Part shown: positions 16,051 through 22,476 of the stretch, one piece after another
Layout of the letters: each line of letters starts with the position of its first letter
Position numbering within the stretch: the first letter of the stretch is position 1
Source of the DNA: Oculatellaceae cyanobacterium
GTDB taxonomy: Bacteria > Cyanobacteriota > Vampirovibrionia > Obscuribacterales > Obscuribacteraceae
Assembly (NCBI GenBank): GCA_036702975.1
Contig: DATNPX010000034.1
Coordinates: 413,818-437,817, forward strand
Reading direction: 5' to 3'
DNA length: 24,000 nt
Translations under genes and position numbers: made by a program
The notes under the pieces: model-generated
Told to the model about the DNA's origin: nothing
Seen by the model: only the letters and a program-made list of their open reading frames with translations
Databases searched by the model: none

Positions 16051-18558
16051 ATGAAAGCGATGGCGAACACTAGTCACCAGGCAGTTAACGTCAAGACAAA
16101 GCACTACAACTATATAGGTTTGGCGTTATCTCTTTTACTTCTCGGAAACGCAACAACGGCAGGCTTACCCGCGCTTGCAGCCTCTGATTCCGGCACAGCG
16201 AAATTGATTTTGGCGGAAGCGACTCCGCCAGACACTAGCAAGAAAGCTGACGCTGACGACGATCAAGACAAGAAAGCAGAAAAGCAAAAGCGCAAGCAAG
16301 AGAAGCAAGACGCAAAAGCCGCTGACAAAGCGAAAAAAGAAGACGACAAGGCAGCAGAAAAGTCCAAGAAAGACGACGTAAAGAGTAAGAAGGACGAAGA
16401 CAAGGCCGCAGAGAAGTCTAAAAAAGACGACGATAAGACCACGAAGAAAGACGATAAAGCATCGGACAAGGCAAAAAAAGACGAAAAAGACGCCGAAAAA
16501 GAGAAAGCCAAGAAGGACGAAAAAGCGAAGCAAGTCTCAGACAAACCAGCGAAAACGGACAAGCCCGTCAATACGGTAAAAGGAAAAGAAGCGGGCGACG
16601 ATGCCAAGAAAGAAGGTGACGAAAGCAAAACCGCAGAGGCCGACACACGCATCGAAACGCCGCCAAACTACGCGCCAGATGCCGCACTGATTTCAGTTTT
16701 AAAAGACCTCAGTCGTTCGCTCAAAGAGAGTGAAGAGTTTACGAAAATAGAAGATCCTGCGCAAAAAGCCGTAGTAGAGCTTGCTCATAGCGCTTTGCGC
16801 AAAGCCCTGGAAGATTCTCAACTTTCGTCAAATCGCATTGTAGAAAAAGTCGGCAAAGACAACGATATGCCTCCAATGGGCACGGAAGCGTGGTCTTCAG
16901 GAGAGCTCGATCTGGGAGACGACGGCCGAGCAGCTTTATCGGTAGTCTGGGCAAAGAGAGAAAACGGTTTGATGATGGTCACCATAGCTGGTACCACCGA
17001 CAAAAAAGCGCCTAAAGGTAAGAAGATTGGCGAGTACGTAGTTGTAATCAACGCTCGCTCCTCCGTAGAAAATGGATTCGATATTCAAAGCCAGCAAAAC
17101 GTAAGCTTTTGGCTCGGCAAAGTCGGCTCAATCACAATAGAGTCCGATTGTGTTCCGGCACCTGTACCTCCGGCAGCTGAAGGCGCAGAAGCAAAGACAC
17201 CCAATAAGGTGAGCGAGGATGACGAAGCAGTAAAAAAAAAGTCCCTGATAATACTGCCGGTGCTGCTCACTAATCGACGCCGCGAATATCTAGCAGCAGT
17301 AATGGCGGTCGAAAAACATAATGCGCTCGTCTCAACAAAGTTAGCAGAAGCAGCCAAGGCTGAGGCAGACGCAAAAGCCGAGTCCAAGACTGATGCGAAG
17401 GGTGAGTCATCGAGTACCTCTCAGATCAGTGATTTACCACCAGGCGTTGAAGCGAAGACGATGCAAGAAGCCTATGAGCGAGCATTGCGCGCAGTGGCAA
17501 TGAAAGAACTCATGAAAATGACACCAAACTCTGAGGCGGAGAAGCCTGGCGCAGAGAAAGGCGGCACAGCTGCCAGCAAAGAAGGAAACGACCAAGCAGC
17601 GAAAGATGACAATGCACAGGCCGCCAAAACTGAAGCTAACGCTGCGACGAAGTCAAATCAGAAATCGGCAACGGCTCAAAACGCTGCGGATAACGGCAAG
17701 TATGTAGAAAGTTCGAAGCAGTCACAAGCTCCTGCGCAGTCTCAACCTACCGGACAGCCACAAATACAGACTCAAGCGCAAACTCAGCACCAACCGTCTG
17801 TGGTGGCACAACAAGGAGAAACTCAGGTAGCTAACCAAACGACTTCAAATCCACAACCGGCTGCACAGCCACAAGCGAACCAAGTAGCCATGCTACCGGC
17901 CCACGGAACGACGGTGATTAACCCTGGACCTGACAATGTCTCCGCATTTCGAGCAGTGCGTCAACCAAGTGTTGGAGCAATGATGATGGTGCCGGAAAGA
18001 GCGCTCGCCGGACAAAGCATGACTATCTCCATTTACGACTCAAAACGTAATCCCGAGGCATCGGTTGAGTTAAGCCTCAACGGCAGCACGATGATTTCAA
18101 ATATTGACGGACAAGTATCATTTACAATTCCCGAAGATGCCACTCCGGGTCGTTCATTGAACGTCGCACTAGCTGCCCGCCCTGAAGTGATGCCGACGGT
18201 AATAGACATTCTTCAACCACTGATTGTGCCTTCGGAGAAACAAACCCCAAGCATCGAGGGTGTGACACTGACGGGCACGCACAACGATACACTCGTGATC
18301 AACGGACACTTCTTTGATGGAATTGCACCGAACAACAAGATTTCGATCGACGGTCAGGTGCAAGGAAGAATCGCTGCAGCGTCACCTGTCGAGCTACGAG
18401 TAAGCTTACCCATAACGCTACAAGGCGGCGAACACACAGTCGTCGTAAGTTGTGATGGAATGAACAGCAATTTGGGAACGTTCACGACTGAGGCACCACC
18501 AGCGCCACCGCCGTCTGCGTTAGAGCTCAAAAAAAAGCCGAAGCAGCCACGCTACTAG
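16051..18558 (+). CDS. Secreted Lys/Asp/Glu-rich repeat protein with C-terminal Ig-like / IPT-TIG-like domains
   Basis: A strong SD (GAGGGGAAG) precedes the ATG. The signal peptide is LALSLLLLGNATTAGLPALAA. There is a charged repeat region (KAAEKSKKDD...), a Q/P-rich stretch and a C-terminal segment SIEGVTLTGTHNDTLVINGHFFDG...VELRVSLP...GEHTVVVSCDG typical of IPT/TIG folds. Confidence 0.8.
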   Translation: MKAMANTSHQAVNVKTKHYNYIGLALSLLLLGNATTAGLPALAASDSGTAKLILAEATPPDTSKKADADDDQDKKAEKQKRKQEKQDAKAADKAKKEDDKAAEKSKKDDVKSKKDEDKAAEKSKKDDDKTTKKDDKASDKAKKDEKDAEKEKAKKDEKAKQVSDKPAKTDKPVNTVKGKEAGDDAKKEGDESKTAEADTRIETPPNYAPDAALISVLKDLSRSLKESEEFTKIEDPAQKAVVELAHSALRKALEDSQLSSNRIVEKVGKDNDMPPMGTEAWSSGELDLGDDGRAALSVVWAKRENGLMMVTIAGTTDKKAPKGKKIGEYVVVINARSSVENGFDIQSQQNVSFWLGKVGSITIESDCVPAPVPPAAEGAEAKTPNKVSEDDEAVKKKSLIILPVLLTNRRREYLAAVMAVEKHNALVSTKLAEAAKAEADAKAESKTDAKGESSSTSQISDLPPGVEAKTMQEAYERALRAVAMKELMKMTPNSEAEKPGAEKGGTAASKEGNDQAAKDDNAQAAKTEANAATKSNQKSATAQNAADNGKYVESSKQSQAPAQSQPTGQPQIQTQAQTQHQPSVVAQQGETQVANQTTSNPQPAAQPQANQVAMLPAHGTTVINPGPDNVSAFRAVRQPSVGAMMMVPERALAGQSMTISIYDSKRNPEASVELSLNGSTMISNIDGQVSFTIPEDATPGRSLNVALAARPEVMPTVIDILQPLIVPSEKQTPSIEGVTLTGTHNDTLVINGHFFDGIAPNNKISIDGQVQGRIAAASPVELRVSLPITLQGGEHTVVVSCDGMNSNLGTFTTEAPPAPPPSALELKKKPKQPRY
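16345..16432 (+). repeat. In-frame 54-nt-period repeat encoding DKAAEKSKKDD twice, inside a larger GAA/AAG/GAC-rich tract (~16255-16560)
   Basis: 34-nt copies at 16345-16378 and 16399-16432 differ at 4 positions. All four are synonymous third-codon positions (GCA/GCC, GAA/GAG, TCC/TCT, AAG/AAA). Confidence 0.85.
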
Positions 18559-18656
18559 TTACTTCAGACGTTCGAGCCGATATAGGCAATACAATCAGCG
18601 GCTTAGGCAATTTGTGTTTAGCTTTGAATTTTCTTTCGTGCATGACGATTTTCCTA

Positions 18657-18685
18657 TTGACGACATATTGCTTGTGTTGTAATTT
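18657..18685 (+). promoter_or_regulatory. Predicted sigma70-type promoter (TTGACG-17 nt-TAATTT) in the intergenic region upstream of rsr
   Basis: The -35 is at 18657-18662 and the -10 at 18680-18685. It would drive the structured unit at 18690-18956. This is a sequence match only. Confidence 0.4.
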
Positions 18686-18715
18686 GAGATCTCGTAGATC
18701 ACTCGGAGCGAGATC

Positions 18716-18898
18716 ATGTTGACTTTCAACAAGATAAATTTATTCGCCAACCAAGCCTCAAATTATTTTGAGCTCGACACGGCGCTTGTTGAAAACCGCT
18801 CCACATCGCCGTTTTCCCCGAGCCCGAGGCGATGGAACTATTTGCATCGCCTGGCAGGTAGATCGGGACCGGCGAAATTATGTTCTATAAATCAATAA
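18716..18898 (+). CDS. Possible 60-aa small protein; alternatively this span is non-coding RNA
   Basis: ATG 18716 has GGAG 7 nt upstream (18705-18708). The predicted promoter lies upstream and hairpins lie downstream. The product has no recognisable motif, and the ORF body is full of alternative RNA helices. Confidence 0.3.
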   Translation: MLTFNKINLFANQASNYFELDTALVENRSTSPFSPSPRRWNYLHRLAGRSGPAKLCSINQ

Positions 18899-18910
18899 TT
18901 TTTGGTCCCG
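18864..18910 (+). other. Long imperfect stem-loop (7 bp + 2 G-U + CG bulge + 7 bp, 13-nt loop)
   Basis: CGGGACC (18864-18870) pairs with GGTCCCG (18904-18910). AAATTAT (18875-18881) pairs with ATAATTT (18895-18901). The structure spans the stop codon of the 60-aa ORF. Confidence 0.6.
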
Positions 18911-18934
18911 CAAATAAACACGCCGCCTAGCCAT

Positions 18935-18956
18935 TGCGGCTTCAAAAGCCGCATTT
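18935..18956 (+). terminator. Terminator-like hairpin TGCGGCT-TCAAA-AGCCGCA followed by TTT
   Basis: It has a 7-bp GC-rich stem and a short U-tract of only 3 nt. The loop UUCAAAA with a 5-bp GCGGC/GCCGC stem also looks superficially like a T-arm, but the closing pair is C-G rather than G-C. Confidence 0.4.
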
Positions 18957-19177
18957 AACCAGGTTTCACGCACCCGACGTCTTTTCGCATAAAAAGTCCC
19001 TGCGAGTTGGGACGAAACGATGCAGTTAGAGCTCGCGCGCAGTGCTGCAAGAGATGAGAGATTCTTCTCCGAAAGCCTGATTTCAACTCATTCTTCAAAG
19101 ACACCTCCATCCAACCTGGTGGCAGTAACTCGACACGCCATCAATTCCTTTTTCACTTATGCAAGTGAGGTCACATC

Positions 19178-20899
19178 ATGTTCGACGCACTAAGAAATTT
19201 CATAACAAACAATGCCAACCAGCGCGAACAATTGCCAGGACAGATATCCAACAATGCTGGGGGATACTCATACATGACCAACGACTGGACGCAGCTTGTG
19301 CGATTCCTTATCTTGGGCACTACCCGTGGCAGCTACTACGTAGGTGAAAGAGACTTGACCGTCCAAAATTTGGAAGCCATAGAAAGATGCATTGCCGAAG
19401 ATGCTGAACGAGTCGTAGCTCTTGTTAGAGAAGTGAGCACCGCGGGTAGAGCTCTTAAGAACGATCCAGCTCTATTTGTTCTCGCTATGGTGGCATCAAA
19501 ACAGATACAAGTGGAAGTGAAAGGTAAGCTGATCACTGTTCCAACAGCTGGTGCAAAGGCTGCTTATGCAGCTATTCCAGAAGTAGCACGCACGTTCACA
19601 CACCTTTCCCACTTCGTCACCTTTGTGCGCAAGGGCAAAATGCGCGGATGGGGAAGAGGTTTTCGAAAAGCAATCGCTCGTTGGTTCACAATGAAATCAA
19701 CCGAAGCGCTCGCCTATCAAGCCATCAAATATCATGCGCGCGATGGTTTTAGCCAGAAGGAGGTCGCCTGGTTATGTCACGCCGGTTGCTTCTTAGCTAA
19801 AAACGATGCAGCTCGACGAGCTGTCTTCGATTACTTGGGCTACAAGGCGAAGCGGAACGCGAGCACTCTCGGCTTGAACGAAAGCGATCTGACGAAACTA
19901 CGTCGAATCGATGCGGCTAGATTATTGCTGCAGGCAACTGACGAGTCAAAAGCTGCAGCAATAGTTCGCGAATACGATCTGCCCGTGGAAATCGTACCAA
20001 CTCAACTTAGAGGGAAGGAGATTTACGAAGCAGTTGCAGCAAATGCGCCACTTGGTTGGTTGCTGAGAAATCTCGGCAATCTGGGCAAAGTGGGACTGCT
20101 CACGATCGACAACCGCTCATTCGCTAAAGGAGTGTGCAAGAAACTTACCGATCAAAATAGTCTCTACAAGGCCCGCTTGCATCCTCTCAGCATATTCATT
20201 GCCTTCAACACGTACAAAAGTGGAAGAGGTTACAGATCAAAGGGAGTTTGGCCTGTCGTGCCTAGTGTCCTGGACGCTCTAGATGAGGCTTTCTACGCAA
20301 GCTTCAGATATGTTCGTTCATCCGGTAAGCGCATATTGATCGCAATTGACGTCTCCGGTTCCATGAGAGGTACACACGTGCACGGCGTAGACGACCTGTG
20401 TGCACATGAAGCGAGTGCAGTATTAGCATTGGTAGCAGCACATGCTGAAAGCAATTTTCACTGTGTAGCCTTCGATACCGATACCTATCCGCTAAATATC
20501 TCGAGAAGACAACGACTAGATGACGTGATGCAGCGCATTGCAAAAACAGGAGGTGGTGGAACAGACTGCGCCCAACCGTTCATCTACGCAACACGAAACA
20601 AGTTGAATGTTGATCTGTTTGTTTGCTTAACCGACTCAGAAACATGGGCCGGAAAAAAGCATGTGATACCCGCATTGCGCCAATACCGCGAATCTAGCGG
20701 AATTGAAGCCAGAGCGATAAACATCGCAATGACAGCAAATCGTGTCAGCAACTTCGATGCTGATCCGCTGTGTCTTGAAATCTCCGGATTTGATACCACA
20801 ATCCCTGAAGTAATTTCTCTGTTCAGCAACGAATCAGCTGCAACGTTTGAGAGTCCTGAAAAACGGACTCTGGATGGAATGGAAGACCGCATTGGTTGA
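19178..20899 (+). CDS. rsr: Ro60 orthologue Rsr (TROVE domain + vWA domain RNA-binding protein)
   Basis: It aligns with human Ro60 from memory along its whole length. Matches include NAGGYSYMTNDWTQLVRFLILGTTRGSYY (Ro60 [27 protein letters not shown]), RGWGRGFRKAIARWF (GMWGRALRKAIADWY), LLRNLGNLGKVGLL (LLRNLGKMTANSVL), ARLHPLSIFIAFNTYKSGRG ([20 protein letters not shown]) and GGTDCAQP. The vWA MIDAS is IAIDVSGSM. The SD GAGG lies 7 nt before the ATG. Confidence 0.94.
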   Translation: MFDALRNFITNNANQREQLPGQISNNAGGYSYMTNDWTQLVRFLILGTTRGSYYVGERDLTVQNLEAIERCIAEDAERVVALVREVSTAGRALKNDPALFVLAMVASKQIQVEVKGKLITVPTAGAKAAYAAIPEVARTFTHLSHFVTFVRKGKMRGWGRGFRKAIARWFTMKSTEALAYQAIKYHARDGFSQKEVAWLCHAGCFLAKNDAARRAVFDYLGYKAKRNASTLGLNESDLTKLRRIDAARLLLQATDESKAAAIVREYDLPVEIVPTQLRGKEIYEAVAANAPLGWLLRNLGNLGKVGLLTIDNRSFAKGVCKKLTDQNSLYKARLHPLSIFIAFNTYKSGRGYRSKGVWPVVPSVLDALDEAFYASFRYVRSSGKRILIAIDVSGSMRGTHVHGVDDLCAHEASAVLALVAAHAESNFHCVAFDTDTYPLNISRRQRLDDVMQRIAKTGGGGTDCAQPFIYATRNKLNVDLFVCLTDSETWAGKKHVIPALRQYRESSGIEARAINIAMTANRVSNFDADPLCLEISGFDTTIPEVISLFSNESAATFESPEKRTLDGMEDRIG

Positions 20900-20907
20900 C
20901 CATTACC

Positions 20908-20942
20908 CCGGAGTAGGCGCCAGGAAACTGGCGCTTACTCGG
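20908..20942 (+). other. Very stable 15-bp stem-loop with a GAAA tetraloop, 9 nt after the rsr stop, with no U-tract
   Basis: CCGGAGTAGGCGCCAG-GAAA-CTGGCGCTTACTCGG has 15 pairs (one G-U) and one bulged G. It is followed by AAAACAATGG, so it is not a canonical intrinsic terminator on either strand. Confidence 0.75.
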
Positions 20943-21770
20943 AAAACAATGGAAACACAAACGCGCTGGGCCGAAGACAGACGGTTATCTACTTCTAAGA
21001 TCACTCCGTTGTCGAAAACTCGTCTAGCGCACCCTTTCTCTGCGGGCCGCAGTGATTTGGTTATCCGATTGAGACTCGGTAAACCAATGGTTTACGCCGA
21101 ATCACAAATTCGTCCGCAGTTCGTTCAGGAGCAGGTTCCGCCGTGAGTGCGATTGAGTCGCATTATCTCTCGCCCGAATTTCGACCAAGAATTCCTGCGG
21201 CGGGACCTGCTGTTGCGGGCGGCAAGAATACCACGGCACCGACCGGCCCAGCAGTTCCTATGAGCCCGGAAGATACCCAACAACGGCACCGGCAACGGGT
21301 AAGTCCTTTCGGTGAACGCGCCAGCGGCTTATGCCAAGTATTTCAATCCGATGAAAATGAGGATCGATGCACCAATTAATTTAAGAATCACCGTTTTTGG
21401 TGCGATAACGTTATGCATGAGTTCCCCGAAAAGAGTTAGCAAAATTGTTCATGTCTTTTCTACGCATGTGCGTATTTGAACATGCAACTGCGTGAAACGA
21501 GTAAAGACATCAAGCGTGTGGATTTCTTGCGTTGAGCGCAATTAAGACCTATTGAATACCTATCGATTACTTAAGGAAATTGAGTTTGGTGTATGCCATA
21601 GTAGCAAAATCGGACTTGAGGACAGGCTCCAAGTGGATACGGGGTATCCCATGAAAAGAAGTCTGATACTGACGTAGACAATGCTTAGCTCTTAAGTTCA
21701 CAGGCACTGACGGATTAGTTTGAGCATCCTGATGCGAACCAGATCTTCACCACTTGAACAAGATTCATGG

Positions 21771-21799
21771 TTGACAAAACAAGTATTAGTCAGTAGTTT
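21771..21799 (+). promoter_or_regulatory. Predicted sigma70-type promoter (TTGACA-17 nt-TAGTTT) for the hydroxylase-family gene
   Basis: The -35 is at 21771-21776 and the -10 at 21794-21799, about 55 nt before ATG 21854, which has GGGAAGG upstream. This is a sequence match only. Confidence 0.4.
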
Positions 21800-21853
21800 G
21801 AGTACATTAGCTGGCACCACAGACAGTGACTAGCAGGAAATCCAGGGAAGGCT

Positions 21854-22453
21854 ATGTTTCTTTCATTGCAGATTGTTGGATGGTTTCTTTTCTCATGTAT
21901 TTTGATGTCTTTCATTGAACATCAAGTTCACAGCAAGCTCATGCATAAGAGATCCATTCCGATGTTCCAGCGCACCTTTCAAGCGCACGCCATTGATCAT
22001 CACATGCACTACTTGTCGATCTTTCACGACGAGCCTGTCGGGAAAAACGAAGATAAAGAGATCCGATTGACAGTCAGGAAGGCTCCTATCAAGGCACTAC
22101 CGATTGCAGCAGTAATTGCACTGGTATCGGTTCCTGGTGCAGTTGTATTTGTACTAACGGCTACTTTGCACCATTGGATCTGGAACAAAATTCACCTCGA
22201 AATGCATAAGCCAGAACAGCGCGGATTTAGCCACTGGTCGATTTATAAAGCGTTTGCTCGATATCATTGGTTGCATCATCGGTATCCAAACAAGAACTTT
22301 AATGTCGTTTTTCCGTTTGCTGATTTCGTTCTTGGAACGCACGCGAAAGCTACGGAAGAGGATAGACAGGCGATGCGCCTGGAATTCGAGCCGGCAACTG
22401 TTGTGAATAAGGCGGAGTCTAAGACACTCGTTGGTTGTGGACCTAGGCGATAG
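21854..22453 (+). CDS. Fatty-acid-hydroxylase / sterol-desaturase-superfamily membrane di-iron protein
   Basis: His-box motifs are present: HQVHSKLMH, HAIDHHMHY, HLEMH and HWLHHRYP. Hydrophobic helices are IVGWFLFSCILMSFI and ALPIAAVIALVSVPGAVVFVLTA. Confidence 0.78.
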   Translation: MFLSLQIVGWFLFSCILMSFIEHQVHSKLMHKRSIPMFQRTFQAHAIDHHMHYLSIFHDEPVGKNEDKEIRLTVRKAPIKALPIAAVIALVSVPGAVVFVLTATLHHWIWNKIHLEMHKPEQRGFSHWSIYKAFARYHWLHHRYPNKNFNVVFPFADFVLGTHAKATEEDRQAMRLEFEPATVVNKAESKTLVGCGPRR

Positions 22454-22476
22454 ACGGTTTAGTAGCGTTTTTGAGC

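Noticed and set aside
16165-16652. Two - strand ORFs (122 and 129 aa), rich in F, L, S and V.
   Set aside because: They are reverse-complement shadows of the GAA/AAG/GAC repeat tract of the Lys/Asp-rich secreted protein gene. The composition is an artefact of the repeat.
18935-18953. A T-arm-like hairpin (GCGGC-UUCAAAA-GCCGC) as possible evidence for a YrlA-type tRNA-like module.
   Set aside because: The loop fits UUCRANN, but the closing pair is C-G instead of the near-invariant G53-C61. No acceptor or D-arm partners flank it. A simple terminator hairpin followed by UUU explains it better.
18851-19135. Sigma54-like TGGCA strings upstream of rsr, by analogy with the RtcR/sigma54-controlled Salmonella operon: CTGGCAGGTAGATCGG at 18851 and TGGCAGTAACTCGAC at 19119.
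   Set aside because: The -12 element (TTGC at the correct 10-11 nt spacing from the GG) is missing in both. TGGCACCACAGACAG at 21812 also fails.
21064-21080. Anticodon-arm look-alike: a stem CCGA/UCGG closing a 7-nt loop UUGAGAC (Y-U-NNN-R-N pattern, with GAG as the would-be anticodon).
   Set aside because: No D-arm, T-arm (GTTCRANYC with a 5-bp stem) or 7-bp acceptor stem can be built around it, and the fifth stem pair is a U-U mismatch. It is not a tRNA. At most it is a fragment of a tRNA-like module.
20847-21379. Two + strand ORFs after rsr: 20847-21146 (99 aa, or 66 aa from ATG 20949) and 21143-21379 (78 aa). They are joined by a GTGA overlap, and AGGAG lies 11 nt before GTG 21143.
   Set aside because: They are not reported as genes. 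The first overlaps the rsr 3' end and has no SD at ATG 20949. Both products are Arg/Pro-rich with no hydrophobic core or motif. The same DNA is dense in RNA helices. The GTGA junction and the AGGAG keep a coding explanation open, so this is an open alternative to the ncRNA hypothesis rather than a firm rejection.
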